Of a DNA stretch of 64,000 bases, positions 45,526 through 59,789 are shown one piece after another. Location of the stretch: the NCBI RefSeq assembly GCF_009914755.1, contig NC_060942.1, one strand, 5' to 3'. A model generated the notes under the pieces. It did not search any database. It had not been told where the DNA came from and saw only the letters and a program-made list of their open reading frames with translations. The stretch comes from the human T2T-CHM13v2.0 reference genome, Homo sapiens. Numbering within the stretch: the stretch's first letter is position 1; each line of letters opens with the position of its first letter. Position numbers and translations under genes: made by a program.

Positions 45526-46856
45526 CTATAAGTTTCAGAAGGCTCCAGATTAGAGGTTGAAACCTTAAAACTTAACCCCATTCCTCTATGACATGACTGG
45601 GGAAACCTCCCTTCTTTCTCCAAACCTTGCTCATCCCCTCCCTAAGAGAAATAACATAACTAGAAACCAGGACTTGCCTCATCACTGTTGAGACGCCCCC
45701 ATTATTTGCTGCAAGCACCGTGAGTCAGGGCAGAGTGATCTTGTTCACTGCACAACCTCAGCACAGTGCCTGGGACAGAAGAGCTGCTCAGAAAACACCT
45801 GTTGAACAAATGTGTCAAAGGAATGTTCCTTCCTCTCCTATAGGAACTCCTGGGTGTAGGAAAAGTGGGTATCTCATTTCATAGTGATGGTAATGCAACA
45901 TAGTTAGAATCACTGTCTGTGTGCTTCCATTTGCCCATCTAGACTTTGAGCTTTGGGATGCAGGAATCCCTGAACCCCCTCTACCAAGCATACTGCTGGA
46001 CCCATTAAAGGTGCCCAATAAATGTGTGTTCAACTCAACGTGACCATGCTGTCCAGACTTGTGGGTAGATGCTTAGCTTTAACATGACTAGTCACCTTTC
46101 TGCCAAGGAGAATAAAGTGTTTCATGTTTCTTGCCTTTCTCCTTTCTCATAGCAGTGGGTAGGTGAAACAGGGGCACATCCACAATATGGAAATTAGAAA
46201 CTTAAAGGGACACAAAAATTTAGGGTTTGTCTAGGATCACACATGGCACATTCATCGCCAAAGTCCTGATGTGCAGGTCTGAGGGTCTTTCAACAGCGTA
46301 GCCTGTCATCCCAGGTAAGAACGGCAATAATATCTAACTTACTAATGCATAGTTTATATTGTCTCCCAGAAAGATGATTGCTGCATTTTTTGTGTTGCCA
46401 TGCTCTCTTTAAAATAATACTATAATACATAGTATTGTTTTATAGTATTATTTTATAATAAATAGTATTTATTTATAGGTTTATTTTATAATAATTAGAT
46501 AAATACAACCATTTTTTAGAGTTGAGGGCCAAACAGTAAGCATGGTCAACAAACAGACAAACAAATACATTCTTATTGTTCTCAGTTTCTTTCCTCTTCC
46601 TAAAGTGGGAATTGGAATTTATCTTCTGGCTGAAGATTCCCACAATTTATAACTGAAGTCGTTCAACGTCAACCATGAGCAATCCTTGGACTCTACTATA
46701 GGATGGCCCTTATTGAGACCTTAGGTGTACTTCTGTTTAAATTTTGTGATTAGAAACATAAAATCAATCATAGTGAAACCCAGTAGACTTGGTGATCTGA
46801 GAGGGATTTTGTTTCTAGTACTTGAGTTGATTTATTTCTCTGTTTGTTTATTTATA

Positions 46857-47128
46857 CAAAATTGCCTTAGATTTATTCCCACTGACAATGAATTTAAAGT
46901 ATTTAGGAAAACTTTGCTAAAGTTTCCTGAACACATTGGATCAGGGGACTGGAACGGGGCGGTTAATTTCTTTCCTTTACCCTACTTTTCTCTTCTTCTT
47001 TCTCCTCTTTCTTCTTTTTCTCTCCTAATCAGAGTCACAGGGAGAAATGCTGGAAGAGAGAGCACTTAAGCCCATTTGGAAAAGTGTTTCTGCTCCTATA
47101 TTCTTGGGATCTGTGAACGCATAAAGCT
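46857..47128 (+). repeat. Local duplication B, copy 2
   Basis: Identical core TCCCACTGACAATGAATTTAAAGTATTTAGGAAAACTTTGCTAAA; offset ~1610 bp. Confidence 0.92.
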
Positions 47129-47234
47129 GCTAATAACAGGATTTGTGGGAAAGAAGTAAAGAGCTATTTCTCATGATGAATTTGGGTTGAGTCATCAAGA
47201 GAAAGCATAACATTTTATTATGAATGACTACACC

Positions 47235-47502
47235 TGTATTAGTCTTTTTCACACTGCTATAAAGAATACCTGAGACTGGGTAATTTATAAAGGAAAGAGG
47301 TTTAATTGACTCACAGTTCCACATGGCTGGGGAGACCTCAGGAAACTTACAATCATGGCAGAAGGTGAAGGGGAAACAGGCACATCTTACGTAGCAGCAG
47401 GAGAGAGAGAGAGCAGAGAGAGGGGAAACTTCCATTTATAAAACCTCCAGATCTCATGAGAACTCACTCACTATCACAAGAACAGCATAGGGGAAACCTC
47501 CT
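47235..47502 (-). mobile_element. THE1D/MSTA-like LTR, 3' part only
   Basis: TGTATTAGTC...CTGAGACTGGGTAATTTATAAAGGAAAGAGGTTTAATTGACTCACAGTTCC; breaks after GGGGAAACCTC. Confidence 0.85.
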
Positions 47503-47766
47503 CTTAGTGTGCATGCTTAAGTCACTTGCCCAGCTCCTGAGATTTTATCGGGAAGCAGATGATTACCAGATTTAGGTTTTTCCTATCTATGTGGAGACTG
47601 CCTTTCCCTGGTGCTGACTGCAGCTAATTATTATTTTAGAGAGACAGTTAACAACTGCCTGACCATCATCACCTGATGGTTGCTGGACATCCGTGGTATG
47701 TTAGGGGAAATGGGAGGCCTCTCCTGCACTGCCCTGCTCATGTCTCACTAGCTACCTACCATAACA
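47503..47766 (-). mobile_element. ERV1-class LTR 5' part (MER50-like)
   Basis: Minus strand begins TGTTATGGTAGGTAGCTAGTGAGACATGAGCAGGGCAG; family name from memory. Confidence 0.7.
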
Positions 47767-47914
47767 CATGGATTCCAGTTTCTGGCCTGTATCATTTTTC
47801 CTCTCCATAAAGAGCTTCTTTCAACTTTCTTACAGGGCTGATCTGCTGGAGACGAATTCCCTCATTTTTGTTTGTCTAAGAAGGTCTTTATTTCTCCTTC
47901 GCTTTAAAAAAAAG

Positions 47915-49030
47915 CATATACTATATTTTAGAGCAGTTTTAGATTTACAGAAAAATTAACAGAGAGTACACAGTTTCCTCCGTCACTTCCATCCACACAC
48001 AGTTTCCCTTATCAACGTTTTGCATTGGTATGATACATTTGTTACAATGAAAAACCAATACTGATACATTATTACATCCCTAGTTTACATTAGAACTCAC
48101 TCTTTGCATTGTACATATTTTTGGATGTGAGGAATGCCTAATGGCAGGTATCCACCACAGTATGGTGCAGAGTAGTTTCACTGCGCTAAAAACCCTTTGT
48201 GCTTCCTTTATTCATCCGTCTCCTTTTCCCTTTCCCACCCCACGTCCCACCCCTTGCAATTACTGCTCCTTTTACTGGCTCTATCATTTTGCCTTTTCCA
48301 GTATGTCATATAGTTGGTATCACATAGAATGTAGCTTTTCAGACTGACTTATGTTACTTAGCAATGTGTATTTAAAATTCCTCCAATGTCTTTTCACGGT
48401 TTGAAAGCTCATTTCTTTTTTAGCACTGAATAATATCCCCTTATGCAGATGTACCACAGTTTGTTTATCCACTTGCTTATTTAAGGACATACTGGTTGCC
48501 TCCCATTTTTGGCAACTATGAATAAAGCTGCTGTAAACATTTATGCACGGACTTTTGTGTGGACATAGCTTTCAACTCATTGGAATAAATACCTAGAAGC
48601 ATCGTCACTGGATTGTATGGTAGACTATGCTTAGCTTTATAAGAAATTGCCAAACTGTCTTCCAAAATGATTGTACCATTTTGTATTTCCACCAGCAATG
48701 AATGAGAGCTCCTATTGCTTCACAACTTCGCAGCATTTGGCATTGTCAGTGTTTTGGATTTTTGCCACTCTATAAGTGGTACCCCATTGTTGTTTTAATT
48801 TGCAATTCCCTAAAGTGCATCTTTTCATATGCTTATTTGCCATCCGTATATCCCCTTTGGTGAAATGTCTGTTAGGTCTTTTACCCACCTTTTAGTTGAG
48901 TTGTTTGTTTCCTTATGGTTGAGGTTTAGCAGTTCTTTGTATATTTTAGCTACAAACCCTTTATGAGACATATGTTTCACAAATATTTTCTCTCGGTCTG
49001 TGGCTTGGGTTGTCTTTTCATTCTCTTAAT
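47915..49030 (-). mobile_element. L1MC-like 3' fragment nested in an older L1M
   Basis: TTTTAGAGCAGTTTTAGATTTACAGAAAAATT terminus; ORF2 C-terminal remnant (ORF 48516-48698). Confidence 0.8.
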
Positions 49031-49147
49031 TTCCTTCACTTTTGAAGAATAGTTTATAGAACTCTAGATTGGTGGATTTTTTTTTCTTTTAACACATTAA
49101 ATATTTCACCCTACTCTCTTGTTGTTCACATGGTTTCTGATGAGTAG

Positions 49148-49554
<407 letters not shown>

Positions 49555-49571
49555 CTGCAATTTAAATATGA

Positions 49572-49906
<335 letters not shown>

Positions 49907-51164
49907 AGTGTATACTTTTTTATATATACCCTACTTAGTGTTCTCTAAGCTTCCTAAATCTGTGTTAGATGAGACAGGAGCCTGGGGGATCAGGAGCTAT
50001 GAATATTAATTGTAGTATAAAACTGTTTGTTTTGGACCTAATTTTGTATTATCTGCTGCTGTAAGCAGTGTTGGGACCACAGGTGTTGAAACGAGTGAGA
50101 AGGATAAGCCTTTCAGAGGACTTAACTTGAAGAAAGGTAGAGATGCTAGGATTGCCTCAAACAGAATTCTGGAGCAAGAGTATGGCTGGATGATCCATGG
50201 TGCTGTAACTGGCTCATGTTTGAAAGGTGAAAAGGAAGGTCTCAGACTGGTAGACAAAAATGTAAATGAGACAGAAGGTGAACAGAAGGATTGAATTATT
50301 CAAAAGTTGGGATAGAATGGATGAGCCAATTAAATATAAACTCTAAGTAGTTGAAAGCTGTCCAGTGAGCTAAGCGCATCAAGGCGCTGTGAGTGACCAT
50401 GGGTGGAAACTGGATTTTGTGTGTGTGACCAGTAGAAACCAGCCCATTAAAGTTCATCAAGCTTGGGAATTACAGACTCACTATGGCTACTTTTCTGCCT
50501 TGGACATTTCACATGCAGAGTGAGAAGGTTATAACTGAGACTTTCACCAACAACAGGCCGCACCAGACATTTACATGTTGTTGTTCAGTCGTTCATCATC
50601 CCAAATTAGCAACTAACATACCTAATTGACAACTTCAGTCCGTCTGTAAGCCCCATTCCATGCCTACCTCTAACTTAATCTCATTATTTCCTTGTGATTA
50701 ACCCAGATTTGGTGATATAATACTATCAACCAGTCCAGTTTGCTCCAGTTCAGGAGCAGAAAAAAAGAAATCTCTCCAGTGACTCTATATTTTTTCAGAA
50801 TTTTTTTTTTATGATGAAAATATCTTGCTTCAATCTCATTGCTTCATAGTTATCTCTGATGTACAGGCCAACCCTAAGATTTCTTCACATTTTAGTTACA
50901 TAGTCTTGATCTTTAAAAATGAACTGACTATATTATGGTACAGAAACAAAATAATGGAGGGAGAACAGAACAAAATAAATGGGAAGGCACAGCCGTCACA
51001 AGGACATGATCTATAAGGGGATCAAGACAAAACAAAGCCAAGCAACACGGCTTCTTGTTCTGCTGTAAGAACAAGTGTAAGCAGAGAAGTGCCCATGGTA
51101 ACAACTTCTTCACAGCCTTGGGCATGAGCTTCACTGGAGATTTGTTTCATGATGTGGGCCTGGA

Positions 51165-52275
51165 GTAAAATGTTCATTCAAAAACATCTAAGTGCTTACT
51201 ACGTGCCAGACATTATTTCTAGGCATTAGGGATATAGCAATGAAGAAAACTAAGTATTTCCTGTCCACATGGAGACCACATTTTGTGGCTGTGAGGGACA
51301 GCATCCATAACCAAAATAAATAGTATATCAAATGACGATGTGTACTCTGGGAGATAAGGATGTGGTTGTGGTGTGAAATTGGCTGGGGAAGCCTTCTCTG
51401 ATGCTTGAGCAAAGACCTGGAGAAGGTATGGGAGTGAGTCACCCGGCCGCAGGGAGGAGGAGCATTGCAGGCAGAAGGAACAGTTAGTATAAAATACCCA
51501 AGTCAGGAGCATTCCTGAAATGTTGAAGAAACAGAAAGCATGCCTGCAGCTGCAAAGATATGAGAAAAAGAATAGTAGAAGGAGATCAAATCAGAGAAGT
51601 TATAGGGGCCAGGTCATGGAAGGCCTTGGAAGTCATTGTAAAGACTTTCGTCTCTTACCCTGAGTGAGATGGGGACTATTGGAGAGTTTTGTGCAGAGAA
51701 GTGACATGAGATGACATAAGTTTAAAGGATCCGTGTTATGGGTAGACTTTAGAAGTACAAGGGAAGAAGCAGGGATACAGCTATTGCAATCATCCTGGAA
51801 GGAATCATGGTGGTCTGGCCAGGGTAGAAGCAGTGGAGGTAATAAGAGGGGACATATTCCAGATATATTTCAAAGGAAGCACCAACAAAATTTCCTGACA
51901 GATGGGATGTGGTGTGTAAGAGAAAAAGAGGAGTCAAAGATGACTCTAAGTGTTTTAGCCAGAACATCTGGAAGCAAGAGTTGCCATTTCTTGAGGTGGA
52001 TCACAAACAGATTTGAAGAAAGGATGAGGAACTTGGTTTGGCCTTCAATGTTAGGTGATTGAGAAGATAAAGAAGAACCAGTAAAGGAAAACAAGAACAG
52101 CCAGTGAGGCAGGAGGAAAGCCAAGTGAGTGTGATGACCCAGAGGTCAAGTAAAGAAAGGGCTTTAGAGGAAACAGATTGATCAAGTAGAGCAACTGTTC
52201 AGAGAATTCAACTAAGATGAGGCCTGAGACTGACCTCTGGATTTATCAATGGAGGACACTGGTGACCCTGACAAT
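51165..52275 (-). mobile_element. L2a LINE 3' portion (~1.1 kb)
   Basis: TTCATTCAAAACAT...CTACGTGCCAGAC...TGAGCAAAGACCTG...GGAGTCAAAGATGACTC. Confidence 0.82.
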
Positions 52276-54869
52276 CCCAGTGCTCTTGATCACTCAGTAT
52301 AATATTTCAAGCAAGAAAAGAAAAGTAAGTTGCCTAGAATTCCATTTCTAGAAATTAGGAAATACAGTCATTGTCAAAAGGTTGCCATCTGTTAGGTAAG
52401 TCCTCTCAACAGTCATGGTGTGACATTGGCCCCATCTCACCTCCTGGCTGAACCACTGCTCATGAATTATAGTTCCAGTTTGTTAGTGAGTTCAGGGAAA
52501 GAGTCCATGATGTAACCTTCATCGTGTAACCTTGAACCAGTGCCCAAAATGACTTAGATTTCTCACTATGAAAATAAATATAATGGTCACCACTAAACTA
52601 AAATATCAAAACTTGATAAATGCTGGCCCGAGAGAACAATGCTGGCATTGGATTTGCTGAAAAGGAAAGCCACATTCCACAACTACCTTTAAGTCTGTGG
52701 AAATGGAAATTTTTTAAATACAGAAAAAGAAAAACTACCGACCCACATGCAAAGGGTGGATTAGGTGGTTTCCACATAGTTAGTGAGGTTCTGTTACCTT
52801 AGCGAAGTTCTGGTAAGAATGGGCATTCCTCACCAGCATAATCACTTGCCACTCTTTGGAATTCAGGAAGTGTTTCACAGCAAATGGATAAATGAAATGA
52901 GTCAGTGAACAGGATTCATTAGTTGCCTTTCCATAGCCTTCCCTGACTAATCTAACCGCATACTAATCATTGCTTCTTGTTTCTCTGACCCTACCAACTC
53001 AACTCTAAGTTCCTTGAGAACTATATAATAAGATGTATTTCTTTGTGTTCCTCACCACACTTAGTTTAGTATTATAGTTATTACTTAATATATACTTCTT
53101 GACTGAGCAAAAAATTTAAAAAAGAAATTGAGCTGTTAAGCTAAGGATATAAATTTAATTTAAATCTTCAAGAAAAAGAGATAAGAGAAACAGTGCAAAT
53201 AAGCCTTACAATGTGCTCAGATTATAATGGTCTGCAGGATTAAACCAACTGGAGCCAACATTCCTCTGATGTTTTGGTATCCAATGGTCTTATCAGTAGG
53301 TTTCCAACCATTAATCGTGAGCCATTATTTACTGTTGCCAGTCACTGCCTTCTGGTGTCCCTAGTGATACAACCTTAACCTTCCAAGGGCCCTGTGTCAC
53401 TTTTGTGTGATGTTTTCATCACACAAAGGGAAGACAGCTGTTTTCTTGGTTGCACTACTTCGTGGTGTCCCAATGAGATGATGGGACTATGTAGCTCTCT
53501 ACACATGAACTGACTCCATATGCATTCCCACGGGGGATCTTAGCTTGCTTTCTCTCTTTCTTTTTCTTTCAACAAAAAAGGTTAAGTTTTTGTCATTGCT
53601 TACATCAGTAACAAAAAACAAATAGACAAACTTTGAAAGGATTGAGGATGGTCAACCCTAGTCAAAGATTGTCTAGCTCATGTTATTTATTCACATTCAT
53701 GATATGAGTTTATTATATCCATGCTCTTCAGTAATGGCATTGATAATAGGAAGGTTGATTTGGAAAAGCAAAATGTTAAACACTAACCTGAGAAATAATC
53801 TGTGATCTTTTCTTCTCTCCAAATTAGTAAAACAAACACTGTGAGCTTTAAAATAATAGAGGTGTGTACTTGGAAATAGTGGATTGCTCTTTTCCGTTTT
53901 CCCAGCTGCCATGCTATGGCTAACATGATACTCGAGGTTGTAGCAGAACTTCCAAAGTAAACTTGATCTTTAGAGTTTTACAACAATGATGGGTGAACTT
54001 CAGAAAGTTCAGAGATTTTTTTGTCCAAATGGAGAAATAACATTCTTGTGCCAATTTTCTGTATCTCTGAATTATTTAGTTGAAGTTTTCACAACAATGG
54101 CAATTTCTTGACCGTTTCATGCTGGTGACAGGAAATTACACAAGTAGAGTAAGTTTTCTCAACACCCATTCATCAGTTAGCAACAATTCATTGTAGTTTC
54201 TACTGTTTAGCCTGAGTCTAGATGCAAATGTTGAAAATGAGGGATATGGTGTTCAGGTTTTCAAAGTGAGATATGGAAGCCCACTCTTTATAGATCTGCC
54301 TTGTATCTTGATACAACTTTTTGGTCTCTGTCTTTGAGGGAAGCCATCCTTTAGACACACTCCTAGGTTGTCAGCTATGCCACCAATGAGAAGGGCAGAT
54401 TATCCCAACCAGGGTTTATCAACAAATGAAGGACAATTTTCTATTCTTATCCTTTACAATTCTAGAAAAAGCAAAAAGCAAGACAAAACAAAAGATGTCA
54501 CCCAAAGATGTTTTCAGTACAACGGAATCAAACTCTAAAATAAGATGTAAAAGGCCAAGCATAAAGTTGGACAGTGATGGTCTTCCAGATATTCAGTTAC
54601 ACTATCAGGCCCTCAGAGCAATGATCTCAATTTATTTTGTTGGACAATTTATCATTCACAGCACACTGGCCCATTTACACCAAAGGAGGAGAGATCAGGC
54701 ATTGCACACCCACCACACAACCACCCAAGTTGCAAACTGCAGAGCCAGGGCTTGAATCGTGATTTCGGCTTCTAAATCCATATCGTTACACTGCCTATGG
54801 GGTGAAATCTTCAGTTATATAGATAATTTTTTTTTATTTTTCAAAATATTTTTCAAGATATTGTTGAAT

Positions 54870-55080
54870 TGTAAAAGCATCACTTGTGCCTAGGTTCAAA
54901 TCCTGGCATAGCCACTTATATCAGTGGGCAAGTAGTGTGATCTCTTTAAACATCAGTGTCCTCAACTATAAAAAGACAGTAATAATTCTACCTTCTTAAG
55001 GTTGTTGTAAGAATTAAATAGAATAATTCATGCAAAGCATGGAACCTAGTAAGTGCTTGACAGAATGTGGCTTTAATTGT
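54870..55080 (+). mobile_element. MIR SINE
   Basis: CCTAGGTTCAAATCCTGGC...GGTTGTTGTAAGAATTAAAT. Confidence 0.7.
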
Positions 55081-55224
55081 TGATAATAAAAATGATCTAT
55101 GTTCATTGTAGAAAATGTATCCAAGTATTAAGAAGAAAATATCTCTCATAAATCTACCATCCTGATACAATCCCTTAACCATTACAGCAGATTTTCAATT
55201 TTTCTAGGTAATGCTGCATAATGC

Positions 55225-55740
55225 ATTTCTTTGTTATGAAGATTTTCAAACACACAAAAGTTAAAAGGCAAGTGCAATGACTACACATGTATTTTCCTCC
55301 TAGAGTCAATAATTATATATACTTTGCCATATTTGCTCTGTGTGTGCGTATGTGTTTAGATTTTGCTGTTTCGTGTCCTTATGCATTACCTGTGTTGGAT
55401 CTTCCTCAGTACTACTTCCAATTAGAAAATCCAGGGAGTCGGTAAGCAGACATACATATATACATATGTGTTTTTTTGCTGAAATATTTGAAAGTAAACT
55501 GCAATTATCGTAGCATTTCACTTATAAATATTTCAATATGCATCTCCTAAAAATAAGAACATCCTCCCACATAATCATAATATCATTATCGCAAGAGGAT
55601 ATTCACGATTATTCGCTAACGTCATTTAATATCCAGTTGATATTTAAATTTTTTAAATTGTCCCCCAATGACTTTTTGCTGTTTATTTTCAAATTATTTC
55701 ATGCATTGTCTTTTGTTATGCCTCTTTGATCCTAGAACGG
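55225..55740 (-). mobile_element. Old L1M (MC/MD/ME-like) 3' fragments
   Basis: TTTCAAACACACAAAAGTT, TTTCAATATGCATCTCCTAAAAATAAGAACAT; approximate. Confidence 0.55.
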
Positions 55741-58199
55741 TCTTCTCACCAGTTTTACATTACTCTAAGTATACTTTTTAATGATGCATACATTCCAGTG
55801 TAGGCACAGTCGTGGCCAGTCCCTCAGCTTAGACATACAAATGGTTTCCTTCTTCCCTATGATGAATCGTGCTAAGATGAATACCTTAGTGCATTGACTT
55901 CTTTCACCTTTTCTGGTTACTTCTGAATATTTACATTTTTTAAAAAGATAAGAAAATATTTAAAACCCTTCTTAGATATTAGCAGACTACTTTCCAGAAG
56001 GGTTTTATCCACTGCTATCCCCCCAAAGTATTTGAGCATGCCAGGATAGCTGGGGCTTTCAAAGCCTCCTTGTCCTGAGGAGTCCTGGTTTAAATGCCAC
56101 ATTCTCCAGAGGACATTTTCTGGTTTACACTGGGCGAGTTCCCTTGCCATGCATTGTTTCTTGTGATTACTTAATTATCAGCTCCTCCCCTCTAAGAACA
56201 AGGAATCTTTACTTGAAGAGGCCAGTTTTTCTCTGAAATTGGGAGCTCAATGAAGCTGGTTGATTGCTTTTAGTATTATGCCAATATTAAAAAAAATTTA
56301 ACATAAAACTTCTGGCTCTTTTAATTTTCACCAAAACAATACTTTATGATTAAATATTACCCTATGTACATTAAATATTGCCATAACTTTAAAACTGATG
56401 GGACTCTATTCCTAAGGGAACCTTTGGAAAATTCTTATTTTAAAATAAAATAACCCAAATAACCAATAATATGTGAGTGGTTAAGTAAGTGTTGCAAATC
56501 TACATGATAGTACAGTCTGTACACATTAAAATTTATATTCATAAAGGGTTTATTATAACATGAAGAAGTGCTTGTTAAATGATATGGGTGAAATAACTGT
56601 TAGAAATTTAGAATGCTAAATATGCCACAAAAAGGCTAACAAGATACAGCAACTGCTGTACTATGGGTGATCAAAATAGCTTTTCTCATGTATTTTTTTT
56701 CTTTCTGACCAAAGCACAGTAAGAAAGATGGAGCTTTGAAAAGCATTATTTAAGCATCCACAGCCCCTGTTTACAAAACTATAAAAGAGAAAAAAAATGT
56801 TTACTCATGGTAATTTCTTTCTTTTCTATCTGATTTTGTAGCATGAATTTAATGTTAATGCTACTTTAATATATAAAGAATCTGGCAAAAATCAACCAAC
56901 TAGCCAGAAAACAAACAAATAAATAAATATTTCATAATCTTCCATTTCCTTCTGAAGATTTTCAGGTATATTCTATCACAAGAGCATTTATGATTATTCC
57001 ATTTTTAAAATTTACAGTCCCCTTGACAAAATTTATCAACACCTCTATTTGATCTGATGATACACATCAGTTGCCAGGTACATAACAAACAGCAAGCTGT
57101 TTCACTGTCTTCATCTTGAGCTGTAATTAAAGAGTATTTACTAAGCATTACTTGAACCCAACATTATACCTGGTATTATAGCAGCTGGCACTGTGGACCC
57201 GGGCCCCGAGCTACAGAACCTTACAGCTGATGACCTGTGATCAACATACTCATCTTTCCTCTAACCACATGACAAACCTCCTGGACCCAGAGCCAAAGGA
57301 ATTTATGGTTTTCCAGGGAAACATGATATTTGCTTTGACAGTTTCACATAGCTTTATCCCAAAGGCAGACAAAGAGCTGAAGTTTCATCTTCACTCGCCT
57401 TTCCTGGGATCAAGCCCTTTGATGGAAGGAGATCACTGGGAATCCATCCCTAGGCCTGGAGGTGTCAGAGGCAGAAACCAGACATACATATCCTGCTCTT
57501 TGGTCCTCTGGGAAAATACCTAGCCATCACTGCCCTCATCCACCAGTCTCATGTTGCCCGCCTGTCTCCAGTGTTAGCATAAGTGCTGACTCCCCAGCAC
57601 TGTGTGTGTCTGGGAGGGCAAGAGGAGTGGCAAACAGCCAGCTGGTGACGCCTGCCCAGAGCCCTGGCAGACCTCATTAGGCTCGGACTGGTCTCTGAAA
57701 TGCTCTACCACTGCTCCTGCCTGGCACCCAAACCCCTACCATTTTAAAGTGAGCTTTTCACATTCCATTCTTCCCCCAAGTCCTGCAACGTAGGGCCTGC
57801 TTTTCTCACAGCTCCAACATCAACACTTCTTTTGAGCAAAACTTTTGCATGCAATAGATAGTGCTAGTGCCAATGCATCTTAGCCAGCTTCTACAGTCAA
57901 AGTGAAACAAAGAAAGGAAACATTACAAAAATCGGTGTTGTGGAATGGAACCAGACAAAATCAGTAATAGTCAGTGTGCCCCTTTGATGACCTAAATGTT
58001 TAGCACCTCAAAGGATTTCTAAAGGTGTCATGCACAGAGTTTTGAGAGGGAGCTGGCATTTTCAGCCAAAAGCTGAGGGATCCTCTGAAACAGATACCGT
58101 CAAATATGCAGACAGGTTGCCATGAGGCAAAATGGGAAGACGTATCTGGCTGTGCATACCAAATACCATCTCAGAGTGGGGTTGTGACTTGTAGGATAG

Positions 58200-58960
58200 A
58201 CATGAATATGATGCACCCAGCATGGCCATGCGTGGGAGCTCCTCCGTCAGGAAACGTGGTGTGTTAGATAAACTGGAAGAGATTCAGAGAGGCTGGAAAT
58301 TGGGGGCAGGAGGGGGATGGTTAAGGAGGTAAAGGCGGTTTTTTAAAAGACAGGAAAAAAGGGTTAAGCAAGGAAACTCCATAAGGACCTCATAGGCCCT
58401 GTGGAAGAGTCAAAAGTCATTTAAGTGTTAAGCAGGCTTGTTGCATAATTGGATTCACGCTTTAGAAAAGTTACTCTTGCTGAAGCACGAAGAATGAATT
58501 GAAGGGGGGCAAAGCAGAGGTAGAAAGACCAGTTACAACATCTAAGTGAAGGATAACAGTCGACAATGAGACACATCAATGGATTTGGGAGGTGTTTAGG
58601 AGTAGAATTTGTAAGACTTAGTGATTGCCTAAGGGGATGTGGTGAGGGGAACAATGAAGGAAGAAGAAGAACCTCTAATGACTGCCAGAGTTTGGCTGAG
58701 GCTTTCAAGGGAATGGCAACACCACCCAATGCGGGAACAGGAGAGGCACATGAGGGATGATACGCATCAATTCAGGTTTTGGTGGATTGGGTTAAAAATA
58801 TCTTTGCAAGATCTTTACTAGGTAGCTGGAGAGATACCATTGAAGACCTGTTCTGTGTATAAAATCTGGAGTGGCCAGCACAGACAGTAATGAAGCTGAA
58901 GGCATGTTGTGGGTGAAAGGGGTGTCTAATAAATAGGGACGGAAGGACACTTGAGTGTTT
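58200..58960 (-). mobile_element. L2 fragment
   Basis: TTTAGAAAAGTTACTC, GAGTAGAATTTGTAAGACTTAGTGATTG; approximate. Confidence 0.6.
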
Positions 58961-59284
58961 GAATACTCTGTTCATTTTTGGCAGCTTATTGCAAATTCAT
59001 GTAACAATCCTTCCTAAGAGCAAGTTCTGGAGGAAGGAAGTATGAATCGCTGAGTTTAAGGATGGGGGGTGGGGGTGCAAAAATAATCAAAGTGTAGAAA
59101 TAATTCTCAGAGTTACCTTCATTATTGAGTACTTACTATGTGCTAGGCCCTGTACCGAGTACTTAATATACATTGTTCTACTGTATTTCATTTAATTCTT
59201 ACAACAAGCCTACATAAAGTAGATACTATTATCTCCACTTTATGTTAACAAGAGCTGAAGTTTGGAGATTCTATTACTCTCTAT

Positions 59285-59770
59285 CCCTGTTGTTTAATCT
59301 GATAGCCGCTAGCTGCAAGTGGCTGTTAGGAATTTAAAATGGGCAACAAAGAAACTTAATTTTTTATTTAACTCCAAATTCTCATTTAATTCAAATTTTA
59401 TTTTATTTCACATTAGTGTAAATTCACACTTAAGAACTAACACTGGATTCAGTTATTGAAAAATGCTTAAATATTTTTGGAACAATGTGAGTATGTGAAT
59501 CAATTTTTTCAACTCTAAGTTTTATGAAATGTAACTACAGATCAAGTATTTCCAATGAAAAATTTGTGTCTGAATTGAGATGTGTTGTGAGTGTAATTTT
59601 TCGAAGATTCACTGTGAAAAAATATATGAAATATCTCATTTATAATTTTTATTTTGATTACATATTGAAATAATGTTTTGAATATATCAGATTAAAAATA
59701 TATTGTTAAAATTAATTTCACCTGTTTTACCTTTTCACTTTCTTTTATGTGACTACTGGACATTTTTCAA
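59285..59770. mobile_element. hAT-Charlie (Charlie1a/MER33-like) DNA transposon remnant
   Basis: ACAGATCAAGTATTTCCAATGAAAA, GAATTGAGATGTG, TTAAAATTAATTTCACCTGTTT. Confidence 0.75.
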
Positions 59771-59789
59771 TTCCCTAAGGGAATTGAGT

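Noticed and set aside
50018-50294. Stop-free plus frame of ~90 codons (SAAVSSVGTTGVETSEK...)
   Set aside because: No initiating ATG near the start, no convincing splice sites, no recognisable homology
53441-53510. Resemblance to the U4atac snRNA 5' region (TTTTCTTGG..TTGCACTAC...CCAATGAG)
   Set aside because: Needs three gaps in ~40 nt, no TSD or tail; probably chance. An Rfam covariance search would settle it
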